A stretch of 64,000 bases of DNA from Heptranchias perlo (lineage: Eukaryota): contig NC_090329.1 in assembly GCF_035084215.1 (NCBI RefSeq), positions 100,378,001 through 100,442,000 on the forward strand, in the 5' to 3' direction. Positions within the stretch are counted from its first letter, which is position 1, and every line of letters starts with the position of its first letter. The translations under genes were made by a program, and so were the position numbers. A model generated the notes under the pieces. The model was not told the origin of the DNA. It ran no database searches and saw nothing but the letters and a program-made list of their open reading frames with translations. Below, one piece after another: positions 39,218-52,380 of the stretch.

Positions 39218-40192
39218 CATAAAAAGGACAGAGAAAGGCCAACTGATCCATCAAGCCTATCCCATCCCAACGTGGTGCACCACCACCCACACCCATAACC
39301 CTACACCACCCCCATGCACACACACACCATCACCCCCCCCCCCCCCATCACCCACAGTCATGCAAGCTCCCAGGAAAGACAAAGAACCAGAAAAAACCTT
39401 AGGCCAATTTAGGAAAAAATTCTGGGAAATTCCTCTCCAACTCCCAAAGGCAATCAAGCAAGCTCCAGGAGACCATTGGTGATTGGTATCACTAGTCCCA
39501 GTTAGCCCCTCTGTAACTCAAGATGTTTTCCACTCACAGGAACTTGTTCAACTTGCTTTTGAACACCTCCAGTAAATAAATACTCAGTGCGTATACAGGC
39601 AATTTTTTTCCAGAAGTTGACAACTCTGCAAAAAGAATGACTTCCTGGCACCTAACCTAATAATTTGTTTTTACAACTTGTACGGATTACCCCAGTTCTT
39701 TACCTAATCCCTTCATTATTTTAAAGACCTCAATCATATCCCCTCGAAGTCTGCCTTTTCCAGAGTAAAAAGCTTCAGTTCCCTAGCCCTATACTGATAA
39801 CTATTGTCCTTTAAGGTAGGTATCTATTGAGTTGCCCTCTTCTGTACTTTTTCTAGGTCCTCAATATTCCCTCCCATGTGAAAGGACCAAAACTGGATAG
39901 TATCCTAGATACAGCTGGACCAAAGAGTTGTACAAGGTAACAATTGTACTTATAGTTTTATATTTAATTGATCTAACTATATTTCCTAATACCCTTTGCA
40001 ACAGCCTCACGATACTGGGTATGGACTTTCAATGCTTCATGAACTACAACCTCAGATCTTTCTCCCGCTCAGGAGCCTTGCGCGCAACCCTCCATGGTGT
40101 GAACGTGCCTGGAAATGCCCCAGCCTAAATGCATCACGATGCACGTGTCTTTATTGAAAGGTATCCGCCACACGTAAGCCCATGCCCCGACT
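39218..40192 (-). mobile_element. decayed CR1 3' region
   Basis: Degenerate QFWS...LFTLEK.RLRGDMIEVFK coding, plus the 3' UTR shared with 31030-31300. Confidence 0.65.
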
Positions 40193-40883
40193 GGGGCCCC
40201 GATTTTCATAGGGGGAGGAAGCAGTTACAGAGCGCATGAGCCCTGAAAAGAGCGGCACACCTGAGGAGTCCGGGGACGTAGAGGCCTGGCCAATCTTAAC
40301 AGCCGGGCGTCATTACTATAACTTTCATCGTAGTCCCACCCAAACCCAGCCAGATGCACCACTTGGCCGGCGGGAGCAGAAGATCACAGGCAGGGGGTCG
40401 CGGCCTGGGACCCCCGGGATTAGTCTCTGGCAGTCAGCTAAGTGGTTAGAGTGGGGTTGTCTTGGGGCGAAGGAGATCGGGAGAAAGGGAGGGGGGAAGC
40501 TCGCCGCAAGGAAGGCCCAAGGCTTCCTTGTGGGGTTCGGAGGAGCAATCCTGTTCCTCGAGAGTTATCAACCTTGTACCTGATCAAATATTTCCTCTTT
40601 AGTTTAATTTGTCTTTCGAATTCAACAGTTATCCTGGATATGGGCCTACTCCAACCATAAGCTTAGTACTGTTGGTGATATCAGGAAATGAGCACGTAAT
40701 GTGTTTGCCTGATGTTTCTTTGTTTATTATACCACAGATGTTAATCCATTTTTTTTTTAAGTAGGTCAATGCATTTTCTAAAATAGTGAATAGACGAATG
40801 TCAGGCAAACAACTAAACACATTTGTTTCTCTAATAAGAGAAACAGTAATTTCTAGGCTGAAATCTTTTTGAGCATTAATGGT

Positions 40884-41677
40884 CCATGCATTTTGGTAGA
40901 TCGAATCAGACCAGGACCTACTCCGTTAATGGTAGGGCGTTGGGGAGAGTTATAGAACAAAGAGATCTAGGAGTACAGGTTCATAGCTCCTTGAAAGTGG
41001 AGTCACAGGTGGATAGGGTGGTGAAGAAGGCATTCAGCATGCTTGGTTTCATTGGTCAGAACATTGAATACAGGAGTTGGGATGTCTTGTTGAAGTTGTA
41101 CAAGACATTAGTTAGGCCACACTTGGAATACTGTGTACAGTTCTGGTCACCCTATTATAGAAAGGATATTATTAAACTAGAAAGAGTGCAGAAAAGATTT
41201 ACTAGGATGCTACCGGGACTTGATGGTTTGACTTATAGGGAGAGGTTGGATAGACTGAGACTTTTTTCCCTGGAGAGTAGGAGGTTGAGGGGTGATCTTA
41301 TAGAAGTCTATAAAATAATGAGGGGCATAGATAAGGTAGATAGTCAAAATCTTTTCCCAAAGGTAGGGGAGTCTATAACGAGGGGACATGGATTTAAGGT
41401 GGGAGGGGAGAGATACAAAAGGGTCCAGAGTGGCAATTTTTACACTCAAAGGGTGGTGAGTGTCTGGAACGAGCTGCCAGAGGCAGTAGTAGAGGCGGGT
41501 ACAATTTTGTCCTTTAAAAAGCATTTAGACAGTTACATGGGTAAGATGGGTATAGAGGGATATGGGCCAAGTGCAGGCAATTGGGACTAGCTTAGTGGTA
41601 TAAACTGGGCGACATGGACATGTTGGGCCGAAGGGCCTGTTTCCATGTTGTAAACTTCTATGATTCTATGATTCTAT
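40884..41677 (+). mobile_element. young 5'-truncated CR1 LINE
   Basis: Uninterrupted 234-aa ORF2 C-terminus (RDLGVQV, LYKTLVRPHLEYCVQFWSP, TQRVVSVWNELP) with the CR1 octamer tail (ATTCTATG)n. Confidence 0.95.
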
Positions 41678-42709
41678 CTATATCACTTCAGTGTTGTAAT
41701 GGGTCAACCTCATCAAGGTCACTGGGTTCAAAATGTATTGGGTATGGAGCAAGAAACAGCACATGATGGATTATGTCTGCTAGAGGAGTAGTGGCTGAAA
41801 CACATCTAAGATTGTAGACTATACAGGAGAGAGATGAGTGGCACCAAGCTATCATGAGACCTCAAAGCTAAAGGTCTTAGGCCAAAGCTGGACATGATGT
41901 GATGATGACAAAACTGGACAAAACTGGACAAAAATGCTGAACAATCCAATGGCTACAACTAACACAGGGAAAGCATAAAGCTACATTTGGTGAATGGCAA
42001 ACCCCAGTTTTAATATTCATGGTGAGGAAGGGGCTCATTCTTCACACAAATTAATTAACATAATCGTTTTGAAACTTCTCTGCATGTTTAGTAACATTGC
42101 CGAGAAAGTTTCTGCTGATATCTTGCATGCACAGTTTCAAACAAAGGTATTAATATTGCAGTGGCATAGAACATGTATAGGAACTCATTCTTATTTTGCA
42201 GATAGTTATGGTTTTGCTTTTGCATATCCAGACAGAGAAACATGGAAAAAGAATAAGTATAATTAGGAGTGAAGAGGTGCAGAGAAAATAGATGTAGATG
42301 AAAGATTAAAACAGAGCAGAACAGAGTAAAAGCAGAGACAGAAGTGGAATAGAGAGAGGGAGAGATTGGAGTTATGGATAGAGGTATATAATTCTACAGA
42401 AATAGAGACAAACCTAGATTGAAGATGAACGACTTAGAGACAGAGACAGAAACTGAGATACCAGAGAGCCAGTGTAGTCGAAGCAGAGTCACAGACAAGC
42501 ATACAGTAAACATTAGTAGAAACAGAGGTAGTATAGACAAATCGGATATGCGATGGTGCAAAGACATTAAGTGAAGGGGCTAGAGTTATCCGACCTGTCT
42601 GCAGCTACGTGTTTTAAGCTTAGATACCTGTTCATGATCGTCTTACCTAACTTTGATTTTTATCATGATCCCTGCAGTGTTTTTAATAAATAATTGTATT
42701 TGATAAACT

Positions 42710-43382
42710 GAGCCTCGATTTTAACTCTGCTTGTGTGGTGGGAGCGATGCGGGCGATGGGTTAAAATGGTGGCTGAACATTACCCCCTGCGTTCCCGCAA
42801 AGTCTGTACCGTCTGCCATTTTAACTCCAGGGTTTTCAGGAGCGTTGAGGCCGTCTGCCACAGGCAGGCAGGGGCTTCGTAAGTATTTCAGTGTCGGGGT
42901 CTGATGATGTAATTCAGACCCTGACGCGAATTTAACAAAGAATCACGCGAATCGCATATAGTCCCAGAGCTGCCAGCAAAAGCAAGCGGCAAGTAGGATC
43001 AGGGCAAGAAGAGGCCAAGGTAGGCTCAATCTCTTTATCTTTTTAACATTTCCTTGTGGGCCAAAAGTGCTCCATCTGGCCCTACAAGGTAACCTTGGAC
43101 TTCCTCTGCTCCAGACTCTCCCCCCCCCACCCCCCACCACCTTCGCTTACCCTGCTGGGAATTGTTTCATTGGGTCCCTGGCCCGCAGCCTCACTATTTC
43201 CCACTCCCGCCCTTCGGCCTCCAAGCCATCCCTGCCAGCTTTGGTTGGGAATCAGTACAGGGATATTTAAATGAGACCCGCGAGTGTATATTGCCCAGGC
43301 CTCGCGCAGGTGCCTGAGCGGGTTCTTCCCTCACGCTCCTGCACCCTCGCCGTACTTCCGGCCTGGGTCAAAATCAGGGTTC
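42710..43382. mobile_element. MITE-like GC-rich element
   Basis: Imperfect inverted termini GAGCCTCGATTTTTAAC / GGTCAAAATCAGGGTTC, with an internal layout like the other MITE remnants. Confidence 0.5.
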
Positions 43383-43771
43383 AAATCTCTTTCTGATCAA
43401 ATATCTAAACATAACTCAGTACAATATAAACAAATGTTTTTGGAGAATTATTAATCAGAATCTTGCATAGTTTGCCAACTATGTAATTTTGGATCTCAAC
43501 CCTCCTTCCCCCACGAACACTGCCATATATATAGAAGTCATATTCCGTTTGTTAACTGAAGCAAAAGAACTGCAATTGTAAATAGCAGACTTGCTCTGAT
43601 CCTCTCATTGATCTACACTTTGACTGAGGGATATCTTCGGTAGGCAAGAGTTATACAGCGTTACATTTGAATAGGGACATAACAAACAATCAGATCTATA
43701 CTAAAATAGAAACAGAAAATACTGGAAACACTTGGCAGGTCAGGCAGCATCTGTGGAGAGAGGAAGGTAGG

Positions 43772-43805
43772 GTTAACGTTTCAGTCGATGACCTCTCATC
43801 AGAAC
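43772..43805 (-). ncRNA. minimal hammerhead ribozyme motif within a Penelope-derived short element (~43700-43830)
   Basis: The minus strand reads GTT-CTGATGA-G-AGGTCatcGACT-GAA-ACGTT-AAC, with the AACGTT palindrome intact. Confidence 0.7.
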
Positions 43806-44608
43806 TGGGAGATGTTACAGATGAATCAGATAGACAATAATTAACTGCAAAATTTCATTTAAACTAAGCAGGTAATGGCAAAAGAATCACATTGAAAGGC
43901 GATCAATCCCCAATCAGACAGAAATTCAGTCGTGTCCCTGAACAAATATAACAAGTCAGTAAAGGTAAGGAGCACAATGAGGATTGGCTAAAATGCAGAA
44001 TCAACAAGAAAGAAGGAAAGAGCTTGTATTTATCCAGTGCCTTATCACATCTCTCAGAAATGTCCCAAAACGCTCGAGTTGATAAAGACAAGCTGAGCAA
44101 GTTGAGAGAATTTGGCCTGATCTAGAACTTGGCATTAGCATAGTTGGCTTGATGCTAATTTCAGTTATTTGAAATTTCAAGTCCTTTGAGCCCATTTATT
44201 ATGGCAGGACAGTGGAAACTGTTGTTATGGGGAACTTGCATAATGTGGGAGTTGCTGGAAAATATGAATGTCTAGGATAGTCACAGGTGTAAGGAGTGCC
44301 TCCAGGTGGACTTGCTCGAGCTCAAGGTTATTGAGTCTGAGGAACAGTTGGTCGTACTCAGCACTATATAGGAGAGCACATTCCAAGACATGGTCAGCCT
44401 ACAGCTAGAGTGGAATTGTGAGGAAGGGACTTGCTGGGATAACATAAAGGGGGCAGAGACCCAGCGAAACTGGCCTCCGCTCCTTTTTCCTGACCTTTAC
44501 ATCTGGGAAATGGACATTCCCAGCCGAATGACCTCCTTCTACTCCAGGTTCTACAATTCTACTTGAAGTGCAATCACTGTTGTTTTGTATGGAAAAGGTA
44601 TAGACAGT

Positions 44609-44694
44609 GGTCCTGAAATTCCACTGGTGTTCTACTGGCCAGCTGCTGGAGTTATCGGGAATGACTAGTAGAACTCCTGCAGAATTTCAGGGCC
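44609..44694. mobile_element. 86-bp miniature inverted-repeat element
   Basis: Termini are GGTCCTGAAATTC / GAATTTCAGGGCC, and the flanks are AGT / AGC. Confidence 0.55.
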
Positions 44695-44714
44695 AGCATT
44701 GGAAAGTATTTTTT

Positions 44715-45254
44715 TTTAATTCGTTCATGGGATGTGGGCGTCGCTGGCAAGGCCAACATTTATTACCCATCCCTAATTGCCCTTGAAAAGGTGGTGGTGA
44801 GCCACCTTCTTGAACCACTGCAGTCCGTGTGGTGAAAGTTCTCCCACAGTGCTGTTAGGTAGGGAGTTCCAGGATTTTGATCCAGCGACGATGAAGGAAT
44901 GGCGATATATTTCCAAGTCAGGATCGTGTGTGACTTGGAGGGGAACGTGCAGGTGGTGTTGTTCCCATGTGCCTGCTGCCCTTTTCCTTCTAGCTGGTAT
45001 AGGTCGCGGGTTTGGAAGACGCTGTCGAAGATGCCTTGGCAAATTGCTGCAGTGCATCCTGTGGATGGTACACACTGCAGCCGCAGTGCGCCGGTGGTGG
45101 AGGGAGTGAACGTTTAAGGTGGTGGATGGGGTGCCAATCAAGCGGGCTGCTTTGTCCTGGATGGTGTCGAGCTTCTTGATTGTTGTTGGAGCTGCACTCA
45201 TCCAGGCAAGTGGAGAGTATTCCATCACACTCCTGACTTGTGCCTTGTAGATGG
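44715..45254 (-). mobile_element. 3' part of the second CR1/L2-group LINE family
   Basis: Encodes YKAQVRSVMEYSPLAWMSAAPTTIKKLDTIQDKAARLIG...SLHHRR...WNSLP. Confidence 0.85.
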
Positions 45255-45399
45255 TTATGTGGGATGAATGGTTTAACTAAGGGGAATAGAAGTCAGTCAT
45301 GTAAATGTTCAAAGATTGCAATTATGCTAAATGTTTGCTAACAACTATCTTACAACTGAGAAACACGTGAGGAATGTGGCAAACATCACTACTGCCTCC

Positions 45400-46072
45400 A
45401 ATTTTAGGACATTTTAAAATTTAATGGCTGCAGGCCCAGTTTCCAAGGGCTCAGGAAACCCAGCAGCTAGATAGCAGTTGAAGCAAGCAGGTAAGTGCCT
45501 TTCCAGCACTGCCCGTGGGCCAGGAGGAGCAGAAGTGCTTCCCCCCGCCCACTTCGCCCCTGGCCCCTCAAGCAATCCTGCTTCCCTCCGACCCCTCACT
45601 GTGATTGGATCCCCACGATCAGACACCCCCCCACCCACGATCCGTTGCCCCTCCCCCTATCACCCCCACAACCCACGATCTTCTCTCTGGCCACCCCCTC
45701 CTCCCCCACCACCCCCGACCTATCCATGGCCTCCGATCTTCTCCCCCCCCCCCCCCCCCCCCGCCACCCGATGTCCTCTCCTCCCCATCCCCCCCCACAG
45801 ATGTCCCCCCGGACCCACAATCTCTCCCTCCCTCCCTCCACTCCACTCCACTCCCCGGCTGCAGCCTGGTACCACAGGCCTTCCCGTTCGACAGCCAGCC
45901 AGCCTCTCAAACTGGCTGGCAGCCGGCGGGGAAACAGAGTCGAAAAATTTAAATGAGGTCCTGCCATTAAGTTTGGCAAATCCTCCAGGAAACCCGTATT
46001 CCCCAGTTTCCCTGCCATTACACCCCACCACACCCCAACTCCCTTTCCACTTCCCTGTAAATATTAGGCCTT
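45400..46072. mobile_element. MITE-like remnant with C-rich low-complexity core
   Basis: Shares the ccaggaggagcag.agtgct.cc motif with 3691-4232 and ends in aaatattaggcc. Confidence 0.45.
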
Positions 46073-46154
46073 TAATTCATTTCTAGGACAATTCAGATAA
46101 ATGTCTGGTTTGGAGCGGTTTGCATTTCACATAGTAAACTTCATTAAAAAAAAA

Positions 46155-46590
46155 ATCACATTTTTATAGCCTCAGGACAACCCAAAGTGATTCACAGCCA
46201 ATAAAGAGTAGTAATTGTAATAATTAGGTGATTGCAGCAGCCACTTTGCATACAGCTCCACAAACAGCAATGTGATAAATGACCATATAATCTGTCTTCA
46301 GTGGTGTTGGTTGAGGGATAAATATTGGCCAGGGCAAATCACCTGCTCTTCTTTGTATACTGCCATGGGATCATTTCCAGCCATCTGAGAGGGCCTCAGT
46401 TTAACATCTCATCCAAAAGCATTGCCTCTGACGGTGCAGCACTGCTTCATTACTGCTCTGGATTGTCAATCTAGATTACATGCTCAAACCTCTGGAGTGG
46501 AGCTTGAACCCAAAATCTTCTGACTGAAAGGCAAGGGCTCTCACTAAGCCCCTTTAGGCAAGAGTGCCCTCACTAAGCCAAGGCTACATC
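46155..46590 (-). mobile_element. Deu-domain SINE
   Basis: Reverse-complement similarity to 14905-15356. Confidence 0.7.
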
Positions 46591-46844
46591 ACAGCAAAGC
46601 TTTCACAACAGTAGATTAACAGCAGCAATTAAACCAGTTTTGTGCATCTGATTATTTACCGCTAAGCAACAATTTCTGAATCATTACATGGCATAATTAT
46701 CTGACACTCAACGTTAATTTAAACCTAAGGGTGGAAAATTAGTGCCATGGATGTTATTTTATTATTATGCAGAATGTAGCAGCGAAAATGAATGATTAAT
46801 GATATGCTGATGAATGAAGAGCCATCTGCAACAATACAAAATCA

Positions 46845-47265
46845 TAGCAACAATAACAACTTGCATATATAGTGCATTTAACATAGAAAAATGTCCCGAG
46901 ATGCTTCACAGAGGCGTAAGGCAAAAAGTGAACACCAAGCCATAGGCGATATTAGGAGTGAGGACCAAAAGCTTGGTCAAAGACATGGGTTTAAAAAAGG
47001 GTCTTAAAGGAGGAGAGGAAGGTGGAGAGGCAGAGGCATAGATGGCTGATAGCATGAACACCAAAGGTAGGGCGAACAGAGGGGGGATGCACAAGAGACT
47101 GGAATCAGATGAACAGAGAACACAGGGGCAGGGAGGTCGAAGTGTCGGAGAGGATTACAGAGATATGGAGGGACAAGGCCATGAAGGGATTTAAACGCAA
47201 GGATGAGAATTTTAAACTTGAGGTGCTGGGGGATCAGGAGACAATGTCGGTCAGTGAAGGCAAAG
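46845..47265 (-). mobile_element. L2 LINE 3' fragment
   Basis: Encodes FKILILAFKSLHGLVPPYLCN, with the same tail as 2331-2660. Confidence 0.75.
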
Positions 47266-47270
47266 GTGGG

Positions 47271-47360
47271 GGTCATCGACCTGAAACGTGAACTCTGTTT
47301 CCTTCTCCACAGATGCTGCCTCACTTGCTGAGTATTTCCAGCATTTTCTGTTTTTATTTG
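47271..47360 (+). mobile_element. truncated copy of the Penelope-derived hammerhead element (lacks CUGANGA)
   Basis: Reads GGTCatcGACCT-GAAACGTGAAC followed by the same body as 248-347. Confidence 0.7.
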
Positions 47361-50214
47361 AGTAATTTTAACTTTTGGCGATTTTCGTATCCATTTTCAT
47401 CTTAATTCGAATATTGTTTTACATTACATATCAATGCAAGATGTCATTGTTGTATTTGAAGTGTAGAAGAGCAAAAGAGGACTATTCAGAGGAGTGTTGA
47501 TACTGATAAAACTGAGGAAGACAAGAAAGGCTGCAATGTGAGAGAGAGGAAGCTAGAGATGAGAGATGGATCATCTATCAGACAAGATTTTTTCTTGTAT
47601 CCTTACCAACACTGTCAGAGAGGTTATCAAAAAGTCACCACTGCTGTGGGACCAGTATTTAAGTCTTGGACAGATTTGGACTTTACAGAGAGCTATGAGT
47701 TGTTGAAGGAAAAAAAAGTATTTGGCAAAAAAGAGGCAGCGAGGAAATGCAAGACTTCCATTTAAGGTCAGAGGATATAGGAAGATCTAAAATGTCAGTC
47801 AATAAGAACAAAAAGGAGAGGAAGGTGGAGAGGCAGAGGCATAGATGGTTGATAGCATGAACACCAATGGTGGGGCGAACAGAGGCGGGATGCACAAGAG
47901 ACTGGAATCAGATGAACACATGACGGTAATTGTTGGTTACACTTGTGAAGAACACGGAGTAGTTGTTGGCATTTACTTCCGCCGGGGTTCTCCTGATCGT
48001 CCACCGTAATTTCAGTGGAAGAGTCATGGGGCGGAATTTGCTCTAAGTGGCGAATGAACAGCACCAGCTGTTTGTTAGACTTGCACTTGCCCACAGACTT
48101 TCCATGGGCTCTTGCACAGCGAGTTCCTATCATAAGGAGCTCTATACAGGACATCTGTGCAGAGTTTGGAATCATACGAGAAAAGTCCGATCACATGGGA
48201 CAATAAACAGTGAAGATAAGACATAGCTACCAATTCTACCAGGAAGGTGAGTAGGGTCTTCAAATGACCTCTTAAATATAGAAAGTTAGTTTAATTGTAA
48301 ATAAACTTTTAAAAACTTCTTATAAACAGTGGGATCCCGAGTGGAAAGGCTTTTTTTTTCCCACACAGGCCTCTTTAAGCACTTCCAGGACTCTTGATGT
48401 CACATAAATTTGAAAAAGATGTAGAAAAATCTGACACCTGGCTCTCACAGACTTTTTGAATATGTCTCTGACAGCTAAAAAGTTCCCTCCGGATGAATCC
48501 TGGCTTCATTAAATATGCGCGAACTTTAAATGATGACAAGACAGGCTCCTCACGTCACTTCAGACAAGTCCTAACTTTTTCTGGCGAGTTTAGTCCATAT
48601 CTACGACGCTAGTACAGGAGCTTCACGCCGTTCAATTCATTTGAATGGGGAGCCAGACGGCGAGATGCCGTTTTCGTGCAGCTTATGGAGGGGCGATGCA
48701 CTTCGGACAGCAACTTCCCGATTTCCGCGTTTAACTGCACATGTGCGCTCGTCGGAAGCTGCTGTCCAATTTGCACATAAATAACGGTGAGCGCTGTTGG
48801 CCTCATCATTATTCTCACAGTAAAATCCAGCCCATTGAAACTCCAGAGGAATGGTGTAAACGGTGTTTATGCAAATTCTCTGGGTTACCGCGGACCTCTG
48901 GCTGTAGTTACGCCGGACGATTGGGAGAACCCCTGCAGAAACTCAATCCCTGAAGAATTGAAAGAAATAAAAGCATTGTCGCCCCATTTCAGGGCGTAAA
49001 GGTATATCTACACTATTTCTACAGGGGTTCTGTCAACCTACTGCCAGAATTGACAGCAGGGAATCAGGAGAACTCTGCAGAAGTTCAGTGATTCAGCCAT
49101 TAGACTGCAAGAGGACTGGAAAATCAACAGCAAGAGAGTGGATAGGACTGGATAATGAGCAAAGGAGATGATTAATATAGGAAAGAACAGAGCAGGAGAG
49201 AGGATGGAGCCTTGGAGCCAAGAAAAAAAGTCAGAGAATGGATCATCAATGACAGCACAGATCCACAGGGCAGATAGAAAAATTTGAGAAGAAACTAGAT
49301 TGCCAAATGCATAGTTTTAGTGAGAAGCCACACAACGATAACTTTCTGAAAACTGCATGGTGCCAGGCATTATGCAAAGCTTTGGAAAAGATAAGACGAG
49401 GACAGATGATTCACCAAAGTATTCAAGAGTAGAGTTCCAGAGATGTGCGGAGGAGAGTGCACCAACTGTACTCAGCTCAACTGCATAATGCTTTAAAGAC
49501 TTTTATCACAGTGCTACTGAAGTTACATTGATGTGCAGTGCTTCTCCAATAACTGGGAGGCCGCATGGAAGGAGAGGCTATAATTTAAACTCAAGTCATC
49601 TCGAACCCTGAGAAGATGGGAACATAGGAACAGGAGTAGGCCATTCAGATGTTTCACCTTTTAGGATGAATTTGAAGAAATTTGCATTATTGTTTTCTTT
49701 AACAAAGTTCTGCAATGTTATTTTTTAAATCTATCATAGACCACATGTATGACTTTCATTCAGGGTTTTCTAACGTAGTTCTTCCAATTTAAAATATATT
49801 GATATTTGTAAAACTGCTTCAACAAGAATAAATAATTGACCTTTCCTACATTACAACAGTAACTGCACTTCAAAAAAGCACTTCATTGACTGTGAAGCAC
49901 TTTGGGATGTCCTAAGGTCGTGAATGGTGCTATATAAATGCAAGTCTTTCTTTCTTTCTTTGGAGAACCGGGACAGCTCTCACCTTCATCGGGACTCTGT
50001 TTTGCTCAATTACCACCACCAACATACGATGTGCTACAGCGCATTGTGTTGGGTAAAGGAATCATTACCTTGGTAGATTTGAATAATTACAACTAACGTC
50101 TGATTGGTTTTCTAAAGCTACTGCCAGTGCTAAATTAAGATGCTGATTTGTGAGAGTTGCAGCTTCTCACTTGAATGAAAGGTGTGGTGGGCACTGACTC
50201 TCTGCATGCCTTCT

Positions 50215-50515
50215 AAAGGGAGCTGGACCAGTTCTTGACTAGGACAGAGATCGCATCATAGAGAAGGTAAATGGTCCATGTGATCTCCTGGACAGGTTTC
50301 CAATGGGTTGGAGAGGAATTTTTCAGAGTATTTTGTCCCTTTTTGGCCCTAGATTTTTTTTCTCTTTTTTGCCTCTCCCAGGAGATTAAATGGCTGCTGG
50401 GGGGTGGGGGTGAGGGTGGGAAGTGTCTAGGCGTGATGCTCCAGCCATCATGAGTGTGGGGCAGGCTTGATAAACCAGCTGGTCTTTTCCTGCCCATCAA
50501 TTTTGTATGTTTGTA
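50215..50515 (+). mobile_element. LINE (CR1-like) 3' UTR fragment
   Basis: Similar to 31030-31300. Confidence 0.6.
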
Positions 50516-50578
50516 TCAACTAACATTATAAATGACACTTGGACCAAGTTTTAATAATGTCAACAAACTGGTATACCA

Positions 50579-51169
50579 GGGCCAATTTTCCTGCAACAGT
50601 CCCCCACCACCCCCCCCCCCCCCCCAACCCAACTCCCTGCCTCGCCCCAGTGCTGGACAGGATCAGTGCACCCAAAGTTTGCTGCTCATGTTCAAGCCCA
50701 GAAGCACCAGGATTTCCTGACCTGGGCCATTAACCCAGCCTGGGGGCACCCCCAGTGCAGCCGCCTGGGGGCACCCCCAGTGCAGCCCGAGCCTCCGGCA
50801 AGGCCTAATGTCAGCGGAAGATGCAGGAAATGTAGGCACAGCCTCTCCAGCATCAATTACATTTTCTAGTAAATTACCTCAAAGGGAGTCATGCTAGTTC
50901 TCAGCTGGTGTGAATTCCACTGAGGCCTTTTATGGGCAATAAAGGCAGATTTTTCCAGGAAAGCTCGTGAACTTCCCCCCAGCAAGGCCCCTTAACATGG
51001 CCAAGTGGGTAGGAGATCTGCCCACAGCCTCCCCAACTGGAATTTAGACGGTCAGAGCAAATGGTGCAAAATCTCACCTCACAAAACACCACCCCCCACC
51101 CCCCTACCACCATCACCAGAGGTAGAAATCAGGCTTTCCACCCTCTCCAGATGCAGGAATTTCAGGGCC
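50579..51169. mobile_element. MITE-like element
   Basis: Imperfect inverted termini GGGCCAATTTTCCTGCA / TGCAGGAATTTCAGGGCC. Confidence 0.5.
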
Positions 51170-52106
51170 TGAGATTCTAGCAGGAGATCCTAGCAGAAGG
51201 GCATAGCCCAAAACAATGACCCATTTGCTCTCTCCACGGGTGTTGGATGTCCTGCTGTGTGCCTCCAGCATTTTCTGTTTTTGGTTCAAATTTCCTGCAT
51301 TTGTATTTTTTTGTAATCTGCTCAATGCATTTTCCTAGTGTATTTTACATTACCTGTGAGTCCTACACTTCTATTTACCAGGCGGGCATGGTGTCAGTGA
51401 TATCTATATTCTCCCCTAAGGACAGCCCAGAAGTTGGTGATTGTTGATGCTCCTAACACTGAGGGCTCATTGTGACTGAAGTGGCAAATACTCCATATGT
51501 TCCTTCATCGGTATCAGAAGGCTTCAGCAATTGAGTCACTATGTGACACTGCTCTTGGAGGCAGAGCCACTTATACAGGACCTGTTGCTGGCACAGAACT
51601 CATTCTGACATCTCTGTCACTCACATGTATCTCAGCTACTCCTGTGCTCAGAGGCTGTTGATGTTGGAGAACATTTCCTCAGGACATCCACAGATTTGTC
51701 AAGAGACAAGACAGTGTGCGGTGCTGAGGTTCCTAAGTCTTTCCATGAAAAGGCCTCAACCCTTCTTTGGCTCCTCATCTTATACCTGCTAGCCCCTGTT
51801 CAGACCCTATCTCTTCTGCCCTTTCTCACCACCATGCCATGCGATATCCAGTGCTGCTCATTATCTTTAAGTCCCTAAATGCTAGTTTATGGGCTGGTTC
51901 TACTGTGGACCCTGTTAATGAGCAACACATTTTTCTAAAGTGACATAAGTAGACATTATTTGTAGGGTCCCTATACTTTTATGGCATGCAAAATACAAAT
52001 ATGATGAGATCCCTTTTTTAATAAACACCATTTTCGTTAGTGCACATTTATACAATTGTAAACAATTTTACAACACCAAGTTATAGTCCAGCAATTTTAT
52101 TTTAAA

Positions 52107-52145
52107 TTCACAAGCTTTCGGAGGCTACCTCCTTCCTCAGGTGAA
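52107..52145 (-). ncRNA. minimal type I hammerhead ribozyme in the 3' pLTR (sense to the ORF)
   Basis: Reads TTCAC-CTGAGGA-A-GGAGG(tag)CCTCC-GAA-AGCTT-GTGAA, with AATAAA just downstream. Confidence 0.85.
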
Positions 52146-52380
52146 CGATGTGGAAATGAAATCCTCGAAATGAAGTCGCATTTATAATTCACAGAACAAT
52201 GCTTGGTGAGTACAGACAGTTTTTTCAACTGCCCGTTGCCAAGGCAATCAGTGTGCAGACAGACAGGTGTTACCTGCCAGGTCTCACAGAATATACAAAT
52301 CACCAAAAAAAACAACAAACAAAAAAAAAACAGAGATAGAGAGGTAGAAACATAGAAAAGACAGCAACTGACCCGTTATA

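Noticed and set aside
41700-42705. Solo LTR
   Set aside because: It has an AG-rich tract and an AATAAA, but I could not identify TG...CA ends with a TSD or a second copy.
45478-46086. Proline-rich and glycine-rich overlapping ORFs
   Set aside because: They are products of poly-C low-complexity sequence inside a MITE-like remnant.
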